Origin: an uncultured Pelagibacteraceae bacterium
GTDB taxonomy: Bacteria > Pseudomonadota > Alphaproteobacteria > Pelagibacterales > Pelagibacteraceae
DNA length: 64,000 nt
Reading direction: 5' to 3'
Assembly (NCBI GenBank): GCA_902585415.1
Contig: CACIDN010000005.1
Location: 7,984 to 71,983 of the forward strand
The notes under the pieces: generated by a model
Told to the model about the DNA's origin: nothing
Database searches by the model: none
What the model saw: the letters and a program-made list of their open reading frames with translations, nothing else
Made by a program: the position numbers and the translations under genes
Shown here: positions 10,227 through 21,947 of the stretch, one piece after another
How the letters are laid out: the number at the start of each line of letters is the position of its first letter
Position numbering within the stretch: position 1 is the first letter of the stretch

Positions 10227-11122
10227 TATTTGTGTCCGTCTGTATTAAAATTATAAATTTTTTTATCTAGTGAATTATATTTTTTATAATCAACTAAATC
10301 GTACAATCTACTTCTAGTTTGCATTTTATCAATAACGTTTTTTTGATGTCCATCCTTAAAAATGACCTTTAGACCATCCTCGACACTTTTCATAGCTAGC
10401 CTTTGTGTAGTAACTGGATATATTACGATATTATAGCCTAAATTTTCTAGTTCTTTGTAGTTTATTAAGTCTGATTTTCCAAACTCAGTCATATTGGCAA
10501 GCAAATATGAATTAAGGCTTTTTCTGACTTTTTCAAATTCTTTTTTACCTTTTAACGCCTCAGGAAATATTATTTCTGCTCCAGCATCAATATAAGCTTT
10601 ACATCTTTCAATCATTTTATCCATCCCTTCTACACCTTTTGCATCTGATCTTGCTATAATTTTAAAATTCTTATCTTTTTTTGCTTTAACACATTCTCTA
10701 ATTTTATTTACCATTTTTTTTGTAGAGATAAGCTCTTTATTATCAAGATGACCACATCTTTTTCTCTCTACCTGATCTTCAATGTGTACTGCAGCCACAC
10801 CGAATTTTTCAAAAGTATTTATAGTTTTTTTACAAGAATTAAAACCTGTATCAATATCAACAATTGTAGGTAGGTTTGTAACTCTTGCGATTTGTTTTGA
10901 CCTATTACTAACATCCTCTAATGTAGTCAATCCAATATCCGGATATCCAAGATCATTTGACATCACTCCACCAGATACATAAACAGCATCATAACCTATT
11001 TCCTCAATTACTTTAGCGGTTAAAGGATTATATGCTCCTGGAACTCTTAATATTTTTCCACTTTTTAATTTTTTAACAAAGTCTTTTCTTTTTTCCTTAA
11101 TTTTTTTTTTAATAAAGTGCAT
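10226..11122 (-). CDS. prpB: 2-methylisocitrate lyase
   Basis: DIDTGF, HIEDQ, KRCGH and LANMTEFGK motifs. Confidence 0.93.
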   Translation of the reverse strand: MHFIKKKIKEKRKDFVKKLKSGKILRVPGAYNPLTAKVIEEIGYDAVYVSGGVMSNDLGYPDIGLTTLEDVSNRSKQIARVTNLPTIVDIDTGFNSCKKTINTFEKFGVAAVHIEDQVERKRCGHLDNKELISTKKMVNKIRECVKAKKDKNFKIIARSDAKGVEGMDKMIERCKAYIDAGAEIIFPEALKGKKEFEKVRKSLNSYLLANMTEFGKSDLINYKELENLGYNIVIYPVTTQRLAMKSVEDGLKVIFKDGHQKNVIDKMQTRSRLYDLVDYKKYNSLDKKIYNFNTDGHK

Positions 11123-12624
11123 TAAAAAATCCCTAATTTATTATTTTTTTTAATATTTTTTTTGTTAATTACAATATTTAATTTATTTAATTGATTTGAT
11201 TTTAATTTTTTTAAATTTTGTACAACTTTTAAAAATCTATTAGACTCTTTTTTAGTAATTACTCCTCTAGTTAAAGTTAGGAATTTTTTGATATAGTTTA
11301 GTCTCTTAAAAGGTCTTGATCCGAAAGGGTGAGCATCAGCTAAACCTTGCTCCTCTACAACTTTTTTATTATTTTTAAGTGTAATAATAACTTTTGCTCC
11401 AAATGCCTTATTTTTTGGGTTAGGATCATGGTATCGTTTAGTCCATTTCTTATCTTCGTGAGTTTTTATAGATCTCCATATTTTTAAAGTACTTTTTCTT
11501 TTAGCTCTCGATTTACTGTAAGATTTTATATGATGCCAATCTGCATCTTCTAAAGCAACAGCGAAAATATACATTATAGAATGATCCAAGGTTTCTCTGC
11601 TTGCATTTGGATCCATCTTTTGAGGATCATTAGCCCCAGTTCCAATAACATTATGAGTATGATGACTTGTGTATATATCTATTTTTTTAATATCATTAAG
11701 ATTTTTAATTTTTCGGTATAATTTTTTTGCAAGATCAATCAATGCCTGTGCTTGATACTCTGCAGAATATTCTTTAGTGTAAGTTTCTAAAATTGCTTTC
11801 TTTTCTTCCTTTTTTTTTGGCAAAGGAATTTTATATACAGCTTTTTTTCCATCTAAAATTCTTGCAACAACACTATCTTCACCTTCATATATTGGGCTTG
11901 GAGCTCCTTCTCCTCTCATGGCTCTATCTACTGCTTCAATACCTAGTTTACCTGCATGAGCAGGAGCGAAAGCTTTCCAACTTGAAATTTCGCCTTTTCT
12001 AGATTGTCTTGTTGATATTGTAATATGTAATGCCTGTTGTATCGCTTGGTAAATAGTTTCTATATTTAAACCTAGCATTGTACCTAAGCCAGCAGCAACG
12101 CTTGGGCCTAAATGAGCAATATGATCTACTTTATGTTTATGTAAGCATATACCTTTTACAAGATTTACCTGTACTTCATAGGCCGTAATAATACCTTTTA
12201 TTAAATTTAAACCAGAAATTTTCTTTTGTTGTCCTACAGCGATTAAAGCAGGAATATTGTCTCCTGGATGACTGTAATCTGCAGCCAGAAAAGTATCATG
12301 AAAGTCTAACTCTCTTACAGCGGTTCCATTAGACCAGGCGGCCCATTCGCAATCAAACGTTTGCTTAGAATTGACACCAAATAGTGTAGCACCTTTTTTA
12401 CGAGGATGTTTCATCGCCATCTCTCTAGAAGTAATAACTGCTTTTCTATTTAAAGAGGCAATTGCTACCGCTGCATTATCTATTATTCTGTTAATTACCA
12501 TTTCAACAGAATCGTTATTAAGCTTTGCATTATCACTAGCTAGTTCTGCTAACTTCCATGCCAATTGTTTTTTTTTAGGAAGCTTAACTTTAGATGGATA
12601 AACTTTTAATTTATGTATTATCAT
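11122..12624 (-). CDS. prpD: 2-methylcitrate dehydratase (MmgE/PrpD)
   Basis: [24 protein letters not shown] and RETLDHS motifs. Confidence 0.92.
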   Translation of the reverse strand: MIIHKLKVYPSKVKLPKKKQLAWKLAELASDNAKLNNDSVEMVINRIIDNAAVAIASLNRKAVITSREMAMKHPRKKGATLFGVNSKQTFDCEWAAWSNGTAVRELDFHDTFLAADYSHPGDNIPALIAVGQQKKISGLNLIKGIITAYEVQVNLVKGICLHKHKVDHIAHLGPSVAAGLGTMLGLNIETIYQAIQQALHITISTRQSRKGEISSWKAFAPAHAGKLGIEAVDRAMRGEGAPSPIYEGEDSVVARILDGKKAVYKIPLPKKKEEKKAILETYTKEYSAEYQAQALIDLAKKLYRKIKNLNDIKKIDIYTSHHTHNVIGTGANDPQKMDPNASRETLDHSIMYIFAVALEDADWHHIKSYSKSRAKRKSTLKIWRSIKTHEDKKWTKRYHDPNPKNKAFGAKVIITLKNNKKVVEEQGLADAHPFGSRPFKRLNYIKKFLTLTRGVITKKESNRFLKVVQNLKKLKSNQLNKLNIVINKKNIKKNNKLGIF

Positions 12625-13306
12625 TTAAGTAATTCAAAACAATTTTTTCAATACCAACAAAATCTTTTATTAAGTGTTCATGAGGTATTTGGTTTATATT
12701 TTTATCAGTGTAACCATCTTCAACCAAAATAAAAGGAATATCAGCCGACCTTGCAGCCATACTATCAACTTCACTATCTCCTATCATTAATGATTTTTTT
12801 ATATTTCCTTGCAATATATCGACTATGTTTGTTATGTGCCTTGGATCTGGCTTACAATAATCAAAAGTATTACTTCCTGCAACATAGTCAAAATAATTGT
12901 AAACATCAATTTTTTTTAAAAGATCTATAGCCAGATGCTCTTGTTTATTTGTACAAACAGCTAATGAAATATTATTTTTTTTACTCCATTTTAAAAAATC
13001 CAAAACACCATTTAATAGCTTGCTTTCAACAATTATATTTTTTCCATAATAATCAATAAATTCTTTGACCATCTCATCTTTAATTTTTTGATCAGTTATT
13101 TTACTAAATTCTTTTTTAGCACTTCCCCAAATTGATCTTCCAATAAGCACACCCGCACCTTTACCTACTAAGTTTCTTATCTCTTCAGTCGTCTTAGATT
13201 GGTACCCAAACTTTTTCATTACATGATTATGTGCCATCATGAGGTCTGGAGCAGTATCAACTAAGGTACCATCTAAATCTAAAAAAATAGTATAATTTTG
13301 ACTCAT
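12611..13306 (-). CDS. gph: HAD phosphatase, phosphoglycolate phosphatase-like
   Basis: [17 protein letters not shown] and IGDS..D motifs. Confidence 0.8.
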   Translation of the reverse strand: MSQNYTIFLDLDGTLVDTAPDLMMAHNHVMKKFGYQSKTTEEIRNLVGKGAGVLIGRSIWGSAKKEFSKITDQKIKDEMVKEFIDYYGKNIIVESKLLNGVLDFLKWSKKNNISLAVCTNKQEHLAIDLLKKIDVYNYFDYVAGSNTFDYCKPDPRHITNIVDILQGNIKKSLMIGDSEVDSMAARSADIPFILVEDGYTDKNINQIPHEHLIKDFVGIEKIVLNYLNDNT

Positions 13307-13375
13307 TCTAAAAGTATTATTAAGAAATAATTTGTGAATTAATTAACATAAATACTTAACTATAAGAAAAAATCA

Positions 13376-13984
13376 ATGAAACAAACAAATTTACAAAAAA
13401 AAATTAGAAATAAATTTATAAAACAAGGTGTTAAAATGATAGATCCAAACACAGTTTATTTTTCTAAAGATACCAAAATTGGAAAAAATGTAACGATTGA
13501 GCCCTATGTTGTAATTGGATCAAAAGTAAAAATTAAAAACAACGTAAAAATATTATCTTTTTCCTATATTGAAGGTGTTGTAATTAATGAAAATGTATCT
13601 GTTGGTCCATTTTGCAGATTGAGACCTGGAACAATTTTAGAAAAGAATTCAAAAATAGGAAATTTTGTAGAAGTTAAAAAAAGTAAAATTAAAAGAAATT
13701 CAAAAGTTAGTCATTTAAGTTATATTGGTGATACAATTATTGGAGACTCAGTTAATATTGGTGCTGGAACAATCACTTGTAATTACGATGGATTTAAAAA
13801 AAGCAAAACAATAATAGGGGATAATTCTTTTGTTGGTTCAAATTCATCACTTGTTGCACCAGTTAAATTAGGACGAAATTCTACAATTGGCGCAGGATCT
13901 GTTATTACTAAAAATGTAGAAGATGGAAATTTATCTTTAACTAGATCAGCCCAATTACAATCAAAATATAAAAGAAAAAAATAA
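13376..13984 (+). CDS. glmU: GlmU C-terminal acetyltransferase (hexapeptide-repeat) domain only
   Basis: [23 protein letters not shown] and [13 protein letters not shown] motifs; only 202 aa; directly upstream of glmS. Confidence 0.85.
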   Translation: MKQTNLQKKIRNKFIKQGVKMIDPNTVYFSKDTKIGKNVTIEPYVVIGSKVKIKNNVKILSFSYIEGVVINENVSVGPFCRLRPGTILEKNSKIGNFVEVKKSKIKRNSKVSHLSYIGDTIIGDSVNIGAGTITCNYDGFKKSKTIIGDNSFVGSNSSLVAPVKLGRNSTIGAGSVITKNVEDGNLSLTRSAQLQSKYKRKK

Positions 13985-13986
13985 AT

Positions 13987-15807
13987 ATGTGCGGCATTAT
14001 AGGAATAAACAGTAATAAGGAAGTTTCCTCAGCAATTTTAAGCTCATTAAGAAAATTAGAATATAGAGGTTACGACTCAGCCGGTATTGCAACACTAAAC
14101 AGTGGTTATATTCAGGAAGTGAAGTGCGAGGGTAGAGTAGATAATCTAGAAAAAAATATTATTAAAAATAAACTTCTTGGAAACATAGGTATAGGTCATG
14201 TTAGATGGGCTACCCATGGTATACCTAGCACTTTAAACGCCCATCCTCACTCTTCTGAAAAGGTTTCTGTGGTTCATAATGGCATCATAGAAAATTCCAC
14301 TTTATTAAAAAAATATCTAATTAAAAAGGGGCACAAATTTAAGTCTCAGACTGACACAGAAGTTATTGTGCATTTAATTACAGAATATTTAAAGAAAAAT
14401 AATTTAAGAGATACACTAACAAAAGTATTAAAAAAACTTCACGGTAGTTTTGCATTAGGAATAATTTTTAAAGATGAACCAGATTTAATTGTTGGTGCAA
14501 GAAGAGGGTCACCTCTTGCAGTAGGTTATGGTCCAGGAGAAAATTATCTTGGTTCAGACTCTTATGCTTTAAAATCTATGACCAATAAAATTACTTACTT
14601 AGATGATGGTGAATTTTGTATTATTAAAAAAACAGAAGTTAACTTTTATAATGACCAAGGAAAGAAAATAAACAAAAAAATACTTTCTTTGTCAACCAAT
14701 GAACAAAATTATGATAAAGGTGATTATAAACATTTTATGGCTAAAGAAATCGATGAACAACCGATAACAATTAAAAATTGTGTTAACGAATACATAGATA
14801 AAAAAAATAATGAAATAAGTATTTTTAATTTCCCCTGGAAAATAAAAGATATATCATCAATAACATTAGTGGGCTGTGGAACTGCTTACCATTCTTGTTT
14901 GATAGCCAAATATTGGTTTGAGCAACTCACTTCATTTGATGTTAATATAGATATTGCATCGGAGTTTCGTTACAGGAAAAATAGATTTAAGAATGATAAT
15001 TTATATGTTTTTGTCTCTCAATCTGGAGAGACAGCTGATACTTATGCAGCTCTAGATTTGTGTAATAAAAACAATATGAAAACATGTTCAGTTGTAAATG
15101 TGGTTGAAAGTTCAATTGCAAGGGACTCAAAATTTGTTTTACCCATACATTGTGGTCCAGAAATCGGTGTTGCCTCAACGAAAGCCTTTTTAGGACAAAT
15201 GCTAGTACTTTATTTGTTATGCCTTAAAATGGGTAAACTTAATGATGACATTAAGAAAAAAAGTTATATTTCCAAAATCAAAAGCTTATTAAATTTATCA
15301 AAAAATATAGAACTTTCTCTAAAATCTGAAAATGATATTCAAACTATATCTAATAGTTTTACAGATATAAAAGGCTCTATGTTTTTAGGAAGAGGTTACT
15401 CATATCCAATTGCACTTGAAGGTGCTCTAAAATTAAAAGAACTATCTTATATACATGCCGAGGGTTATCCAGCAGGTGAAATGAAACATGGTCCTTTAGC
15501 ATTAATAGAGGATGGTATGCCAGTTGTAGTAATTGCTCCAAGAGATGAGTACTACAAAAAAACAATGTCTAACATGCAAGAAGTTATAGCAAGAGGTGCT
15601 AAAGTTTTATTGATAACAAATAAAAATAAAGATGAAATATTTTCAGAAAATATTTGGCAAAAAATTGAGGTTGAAAATACAGATGATGAATTGTTGCCTT
15701 TTTTAATAACAATTCCACTTCAAAAATTAGCTTACTTTACTGCTTTAAAAAAAGGTTTCGATATTGATAAACCTAGAAATCTAGCAAAATCGGTAACTGT
15801 AGAGTAA
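13987..15807 (+). CDS. glmS: Glutamine--fructose-6-phosphate transaminase
   Basis: MCGI, EYRGYDSAG, SQSGET and PRNLAKSVTVE motifs. Confidence 0.96.
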   Translation: MCGIIGINSNKEVSSAILSSLRKLEYRGYDSAGIATLNSGYIQEVKCEGRVDNLEKNIIKNKLLGNIGIGHVRWATHGIPSTLNAHPHSSEKVSVVHNGIIENSTLLKKYLIKKGHKFKSQTDTEVIVHLITEYLKKNNLRDTLTKVLKKLHGSFALGIIFKDEPDLIVGARRGSPLAVGYGPGENYLGSDSYALKSMTNKITYLDDGEFCIIKKTEVNFYNDQGKKINKKILSLSTNEQNYDKGDYKHFMAKEIDEQPITIKNCVNEYIDKKNNEISIFNFPWKIKDISSITLVGCGTAYHSCLIAKYWFEQLTSFDVNIDIASEFRYRKNRFKNDNLYVFVSQSGETADTYAALDLCNKNNMKTCSVVNVVESSIARDSKFVLPIHCGPEIGVASTKAFLGQMLVLYLLCLKMGKLNDDIKKKSYISKIKSLLNLSKNIELSLKSENDIQTISNSFTDIKGSMFLGRGYSYPIALEGALKLKELSYIHAEGYPAGEMKHGPLALIEDGMPVVVIAPRDEYYKKTMSNMQEVIARGAKVLLITNKNKDEIFSENIWQKIEVENTDDELLPFLITIPLQKLAYFTALKKGFDIDKPRNLAKSVTVE

Positions 15808-15872
15808 ATTTTTTTGTATTATCTATTCTAATTTGACATAATTTGGATATATATTCATCTTAAGGTTGAAAT

Positions 15873-17252
15873 ATGAAAAATTGGAAAGCTAATTCTTGGA
15901 GAAAATATCCGGTTAAACACATCCCATCTTACGATGATGAGAAAGAACTTAACATGGTCTTGAATAAATTAAAGTCATCACCACCATTGGTCTTTGCTGG
16001 AGAGACTAGACATCTGAAAGATCAACTTGCCGAAGTTGTAGATGGTAAAGCTTTTTTACTTCAAGGAGGAGATTGCGCAGAAAGTTTTGCAGAATTTCAC
16101 CCTGATAATATTAGAGATACGTTTAAATTAATTTTACAGATGTCTCTTGTCTTGACATATTCAGCATCTTTACCAGTTGTCAAACTTGGAAGAATTGCAG
16201 GTCAATTTTCTAAACCTAGAAGTGCACCAACAGAAAAGCAAGGCGGCAAAGAATTGCCTAGTTATCTAGGTGACAATATAAATTCAATTGAATTTAATGA
16301 GAAGGCTAGAAGACCAGATCCAAAAAGATTATTTAGAGCATACTCTCAATCAGCATCAACATTAAATTTATTGAGAGCTTTTTCTAATGGAGGTTTTGCA
16401 GATTTAAAAAAAGTTCATTTATGGAACCTAGGCTATATTAAAAATAGTCCACAAACAAAAAAATTTAAAGAACTAGAAGATAAGATTGCAGATGCACTTG
16501 GGTTCATGGCAGCATGTGGAATAACACCAGAATTTAATAGAAGACTTTATACCGTTAATTTTTGGACATCACATGAAGCACTCCATTTACCATTCGAGGA
16601 GAGTATGACAAGAGTAGACTCAACTACCGGTGAATATCATGATACTTCAGCTCACTTTGTTTGGATTGGCGATAGAACTAGACAACTAGATGGTGGTCAT
16701 GTTGAATTTTGTAAGGGAATAGAAAATCCTATCGGAATTAAATGTGGGCCAACCTCAAAAGCAGATGAAATTGCAAAAATTTGTGAAGTTTTAAATCCTA
16801 AAAATGAAAAAGGTAAAATTACTTTAATATCAAGATATGGTCATGATAAAGTTGAAAAGTTTTTACCAAAACTTATTAGAGGTATTAAAAAAGAGGGATT
16901 AAATGTAGTTTGGTCATGTGATCCCATGCATGGCAACACACTAGTCTCAACTACTGGATTTAAGACAAGACCATTTAATAGTGTAGTTAAAGAAGTAAAA
17001 AATGTTTTTGAGGTTCATCAAAGTGAAGGTTCTTATGCAGGCGGTTTGCATATTGAAATGACTGGCCAAAATGTAACAGAGTGTACTGGTGGTGCAAAAA
17101 ATATTTCAGATCAAGATCTGTCTAGCAGATACCACACACACTGTGATCCAAGGCTAAACGCAGATCAGGCTTTAGAATTGGCGTTCTTAATATCTGATGA
17201 AATCAAGAAAAATTCAAATTACGCAAAAAACATTATTAGAGCGGCTTCTTAA
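15873..17252 (+). CDS. Class II DAHP synthase
   Basis: QGGDCAE, RIAGQFSKPRS, WIGDRT, CDPMHGN and CDPRLN motifs. Confidence 0.93.
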   Translation: MKNWKANSWRKYPVKHIPSYDDEKELNMVLNKLKSSPPLVFAGETRHLKDQLAEVVDGKAFLLQGGDCAESFAEFHPDNIRDTFKLILQMSLVLTYSASLPVVKLGRIAGQFSKPRSAPTEKQGGKELPSYLGDNINSIEFNEKARRPDPKRLFRAYSQSASTLNLLRAFSNGGFADLKKVHLWNLGYIKNSPQTKKFKELEDKIADALGFMAACGITPEFNRRLYTVNFWTSHEALHLPFEESMTRVDSTTGEYHDTSAHFVWIGDRTRQLDGGHVEFCKGIENPIGIKCGPTSKADEIAKICEVLNPKNEKGKITLISRYGHDKVEKFLPKLIRGIKKEGLNVVWSCDPMHGNTLVSTTGFKTRPFNSVVKEVKNVFEVHQSEGSYAGGLHIEMTGQNVTECTGGAKNISDQDLSSRYHTHCDPRLNADQALELAFLISDEIKKNSNYAKNIIRAAS

Positions 17253-17329
17253 GGGCCTAATTTCTTAGATTGATTAGGTATGACTATTAATTCTATACAA
17301 TAATAATGAAAAAAGAATATACGTAGATA

Positions 17330-18988
17330 ATGGCAACAAAATTAAAAATTGCACTAGCTCAATTAAACCCACTTGTGGGAGATGTAATTGGAAATACAAA
17401 AAAGTTAATAGATGTTAGATCAAAATTAGATGAAGATATCGATATTTTAGTTGCTCCAGAATTATATATTTCTGGATATCCAATAGATGACTTAGTTTTA
17501 AGAGAGGATTTTTTAGATCTTGTAGAAAAAGAATTAAACAACCTTGCAAAAATTACAAGTGACAATAAGTCTGCAATAATTGTTGGGGCACCTAGAAAAA
17601 ATGCTAACTCGATAAAAAATTCAGTATTTGTAATAGAAAAAGGTGAGATTATATCAGTGAAAGATAAACACGAATTACCCAACACAGGCGTGTTTGATGA
17701 GCAAAGAATATTTGAAAAAGGTGTCTTGGAAAATTGCGTAAAAATAAAAGGTGTTAATTTTGGTTTACCAATTTGTGAAGATATATGGAAAGAGACTGTT
17801 ACAAAAAAACTTTCTCAATCTGGTGCAGAAATTATAATCGCTATAAATGCATCTCCTTTTACATTGTCTAAGTATGATGAAAGAAATGATATTGCACTAC
17901 GTAGAGTAAAAGAGACAAAACTTCCAATAGTGTATCTAAATAGAACTGGAGGACAAGATGAGTTAATATTTGATGGATCATCATTTTCCTTGAACTATGA
18001 TGGAAAAAAATTTTCCAGTCTTGAAGAATTTAAAGAAGATATTTCCATAATTAATTTTGAAAAAAAAAATGGTAAATGGATAGGGCATGGAAACGTAAAA
18101 GAAAATTCTTCACAATATGAGAGATTATACAAAGCATTAGTTTTAGGTTTGAGAGATTATGTTAAAAATAATAAATTTTCTGGAGTAGTTTTAGGACTAT
18201 CGGGAGGAGTAGACTCTGCTTTAGTAGCAGCTCTCGCAACCGATGCATTTGGATCAAATTTTGTTCAAGCTATAATGTTACCAAGTCCTTATACTGGTGA
18301 AGAAAGTTTAAATGATGCAAGAGATGTAGCTAGTTTATTAAATATAAAATATTCTAATTTAAAAATTAGTGAGGCAATGAAAATAGTAGATGAGATTTTA
18401 GGAGATTTTAAAGGGCCAAACTTTACTGCAGGTATTACTGAAGAAAACATTCAATCAAGATTAAGAGGTCTTTTATTAATGGCCTTGTCTAATAGATATG
18501 GATACATGGTACTAGCAACAGGGAATAAATCAGAATATGCTGTTGGTTATTCAACTTTATATGGTGATATGTGTGGCGGATTTGCACCGATTAAAGATGT
18601 TTGGAAAACTGACGTTTTTAAACTTTGCGAATGGAGAAATAAAAACTTTTCTGATTTATTTAAAGGACCGAATGGAAAAGTTATCCCAGAAAATATAATT
18701 AAAAAAGCACCGACTGCCGAGTTAAGAGATAATCAAAAAGATACTGACAGTTTACCTGAGTACAATGTTCTTGATGAAATTCTAAAAGGATTAGTAGAGG
18801 AGGAAATTTCAGTTGAAAAAATTGTCACAAAAGGTTTTGATAGAAATGTTGTAGAGAAAACAGCTAAACTTTTAGCTAAATCAGAATATAAAAGATTTCA
18901 AGCAGCTCCTGGTCCAAAAGTAACCAATAAGGCTTTTGGAAGAGATAGAAGATTTCCGCTCACAAGCGGATTTAGGAATTGGAATTAA
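17330..18988 (+). CDS. nadE: Glutamine-dependent NAD+ synthetase
   Basis: Nitrilase-like N-domain (PEL, ICED) plus LSGGVDS, ENIQSR and ATGNKSE. Confidence 0.93.
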   Translation: MATKLKIALAQLNPLVGDVIGNTKKLIDVRSKLDEDIDILVAPELYISGYPIDDLVLREDFLDLVEKELNNLAKITSDNKSAIIVGAPRKNANSIKNSVFVIEKGEIISVKDKHELPNTGVFDEQRIFEKGVLENCVKIKGVNFGLPICEDIWKETVTKKLSQSGAEIIIAINASPFTLSKYDERNDIALRRVKETKLPIVYLNRTGGQDELIFDGSSFSLNYDGKKFSSLEEFKEDISIINFEKKNGKWIGHGNVKENSSQYERLYKALVLGLRDYVKNNKFSGVVLGLSGGVDSALVAALATDAFGSNFVQAIMLPSPYTGEESLNDARDVASLLNIKYSNLKISEAMKIVDEILGDFKGPNFTAGITEENIQSRLRGLLLMALSNRYGYMVLATGNKSEYAVGYSTLYGDMCGGFAPIKDVWKTDVFKLCEWRNKNFSDLFKGPNGKVIPENIIKKAPTAELRDNQKDTDSLPEYNVLDEILKGLVEEEISVEKIVTKGFDRNVVEKTAKLLAKSEYKRFQAAPGPKVTNKAFGRDRRFPLTSGFRNWN

Positions 18989-20349
18989 TGAATAAAGATA
19001 TTTATTTAAGCAATAGTCTAGGTGGTAATAAAGAAAAATTCACACCAATAAATCCTAAAAAGGTTAGAATGTATGTTTGTGGACCAACAGTATATGATGA
19101 TCCACATATAGGGAATGCAAGACCCCTAATTGTATTTGATATTTTATTTAAAGTTCTTAAATGTAAATTTGGAAAATCTTCAGTTCTATATGTAAGAAAT
19201 ATTACTGATGTTGATGACAAAATTATAGAGGGGGCAAAACAGAAAAATATTTCAATAAATAAGCTTACTACAGATATTACAAAACGATTTGATGAAGATT
19301 GTGATTATTTAAATTGTGAAAAACCATCTTTTGAACCAAAAGCAACAGAAAATATTCCCTTAATGATCGATATGATTAATATTTTAATTAAAAAAAATAA
19401 TGCATATGAAAATAAATCTCACGTTTATTTTGATGTATCAAGCTTTAAAGATTATGGAAAATTATCAAATAAAAATGTTGATCAACTTTTTTCAGGGGCG
19501 CGAGTTGAGGTATCAGATAATAAAAAAAGACCTGAAGATTTTGTTTTATGGAAACCGTCTCTGAATGAGGAGCCAGGATGGGATTCTCCGTGGGGAAGAG
19601 GTAGACCAGGTTGGCATATAGAATGTTCCGCAATGTCAAAAAAATACCTTGGAGATACTTTTGATATACATGGAGGGGGAAGAGATTTATTATTCCCTCA
19701 TCACGAAAATGAGATAGCCCAATCACGTTGTGCTAATGATAATAAGTGTCTGTCTAATTTTTGGATACACAATGGTTTTATTACAGTTTCAAATGAAAAA
19801 ATGTCCAAGTCTTTGGGAAATATTTTAAAGATAAAAGATTTTTATAAAAAGTATAATGGGCAAGTTTTAAGATTAGCACTAATGTCAACACATTATAAAC
19901 AAGCTATGGATTGGAGTGATGAATTGTTACAACAGTCACAAAAAACTTTAGATAAATGGTATGAGTACCAAAAGAAACCAGAGGGCAAAATTTTAATACC
20001 AGATGAAGATTTAAATCCTCTTTACGATGACATAAATACACCAGGTTATATAAGTAATATTCATAAATTATATGATAAAGCTGTAAAAGGATCAGATAAA
20101 GATAAAGAAATTTTTACAATGGCATGTAATTTTGTAGGTCTTTTGACTGAACCGAAATCAAAGTGGCAAGAGTTTAAAAAAAATATTTTAGACATTTCAG
20201 AGGAACAAATTTTACAAAAGATAAAAGATAGGAACAAAGCAAGGGATAATAAAAATTACGAATTAGCAGATAAAATAAGAAGTGAGCTTTTAGACAAAGG
20301 TATTTTAATTGAAGACAAAGATGATAAAACAACCTGGAAAATAAAATGA
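18988..20349 (+). CDS. cysS: Cysteine--tRNA ligase
   Basis: CGPTVY, HIGN, GRPGWHIEC and KMSKS motifs; ATG overlaps the nadE stop. Confidence 0.96.
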   Translation: MNKDIYLSNSLGGNKEKFTPINPKKVRMYVCGPTVYDDPHIGNARPLIVFDILFKVLKCKFGKSSVLYVRNITDVDDKIIEGAKQKNISINKLTTDITKRFDEDCDYLNCEKPSFEPKATENIPLMIDMINILIKKNNAYENKSHVYFDVSSFKDYGKLSNKNVDQLFSGARVEVSDNKKRPEDFVLWKPSLNEEPGWDSPWGRGRPGWHIECSAMSKKYLGDTFDIHGGGRDLLFPHHENEIAQSRCANDNKCLSNFWIHNGFITVSNEKMSKSLGNILKIKDFYKKYNGQVLRLALMSTHYKQAMDWSDELLQQSQKTLDKWYEYQKKPEGKILIPDEDLNPLYDDINTPGYISNIHKLYDKAVKGSDKDKEIFTMACNFVGLLTEPKSKWQEFKKNILDISEEQILQKIKDRNKARDNKNYELADKIRSELLDKGILIEDKDDKTTWKIK

Positions 20350-21947
20350 CCAAAGAAAGACTATATATATTTGATACAACACTGAGAGATGGTGCACAAA
20401 CTCAAGGTGTACACTTTTCTATTGATGAAAAAACAAAAATAGCTCACGCATTAGATAATCTAGGTGTAGATTATATTGAGGGTGGCTGGCCTGGCGCCAA
20501 TCCATCAGACACTGAATTTTTCCAAAAAGGTTTGGGTCTAAAAAATTCTACCTTTACAGCGTTTGGAATGACCAAGAAAGCAGGTAGGAGTGCTGAAAAT
20601 GACCCTGGTTTATCTGCAATACTGAATTCAAACACAAATGCAGTTTGTGTAGTAGGGAAGTCATGGGATTTCCATGTTGATGTAGCATTAGGAATATCTA
20701 AAGATGAAAATTTGGAAAATATAAAAGAAACCACAAAACATTTTGTTAAAAATAATAAAGAATTTATGTTCGACGCCGAACACTTTTTTGATGGTTATAA
20801 AGCCAATCCAACGTATGCGTTAGAGTGTGTTAAAGCTGCTTATGAAAATGGAGCTAAATGGATTGTGCTTTGTGATACTAACGGAGGAACACTTCCTCAT
20901 GAGGTAACCGAAATAGTTAAAAAAGTATCAGAACATATCCCTGGAGAAAATTTGGGAATTCATGCCCATAATGATACAGGTAACGCAGTAGCGAATTCAA
21001 TTGCAGCTGTATTATCTGGAGCGAGGCAAATTCAAGGAACAATAAATGGTTTAGGTGAAAGGTGTGGAAATGCAAATTTAATGTCAATTATACCAACATT
21101 TCATCTCAAAAAAGAATTATCAGACAAATTTGAAATTAATATTAAAGAAAAAAATATTAAATATATAACTCAATGCTCAAGATTACTTGACGAGATATTA
21201 AATAGAAAACCTAATAAACATTTACCTTATGTTGGTGCTGCAGCTTTTTCACACAAAGGTGGCTTACATGTGTCTGCAGTTCAAAAGGACCCTAAAACGT
21301 ATGAACATATTAATCCCGAGGACGTAGGTAATAATAGAAATATTGTTGTTTCAGATCAGTCAGGTAAATCAAATATTCTATCAAGACTAAAAACTATAGG
21401 AATTGCAATTAAAGAAAACGATCCTAAAATAAAAAAATTACTTGAAGAAGTAAAAGATAGAGAATTTATAGGTTATAGTTATGATGGTGCCGATGCATCC
21501 TTTGAATTATTAGCTCGTAGAGTTATGGGCGAAATACCAAGATATATTTCTATAAAAGAATACGATGTGTCTGTATCAAAAAATAAGCAAGAACAAATTA
21601 TTTCTAAAGCAAAAGCTAAATTAGAAGTAGATGGTGAACAAATTATATGTGAAGGCGAGGGTAATGGTCCTGTTCATGCACTTGATAATGCAATAAGAAA
21701 AAATGTAACAAAATTAGAAAAATATTCTAAATATTTAAAAGATCTGAAACTAGTTGATTATAAGGTAAGAATTTTAAATACAGGTACAGAAGCTACTACT
21801 AGAGTATCAATTGAAAGCACTGACTCTCAAGGTAAGAATTGGTTCACTATAGGTGTATCACCAAATATAATTGATGCATCTTTTAAAGCTTTAATCGATA
21901 GTCTTGATTTCAAATTATTTAAGGATAAAGCTCCCGCAAGTAAATAA
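20346..21947 (+). CDS. cimA: Citramalate synthase
   Basis: DTTLRDGAQ, DAEHFFDG, LCDTNGG, HAHND and GERCGN motifs; regulatory C-domain. Confidence 0.88.
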   Translation: MTKERLYIFDTTLRDGAQTQGVHFSIDEKTKIAHALDNLGVDYIEGGWPGANPSDTEFFQKGLGLKNSTFTAFGMTKKAGRSAENDPGLSAILNSNTNAVCVVGKSWDFHVDVALGISKDENLENIKETTKHFVKNNKEFMFDAEHFFDGYKANPTYALECVKAAYENGAKWIVLCDTNGGTLPHEVTEIVKKVSEHIPGENLGIHAHNDTGNAVANSIAAVLSGARQIQGTINGLGERCGNANLMSIIPTFHLKKELSDKFEINIKEKNIKYITQCSRLLDEILNRKPNKHLPYVGAAAFSHKGGLHVSAVQKDPKTYEHINPEDVGNNRNIVVSDQSGKSNILSRLKTIGIAIKENDPKIKKLLEEVKDREFIGYSYDGADASFELLARRVMGEIPRYISIKEYDVSVSKNKQEQIISKAKAKLEVDGEQIICEGEGNGPVHALDNAIRKNVTKLEKYSKYLKDLKLVDYKVRILNTGTEATTRVSIESTDSQGKNWFTIGVSPNIIDASFKALIDSLDFKLFKDKAPASK

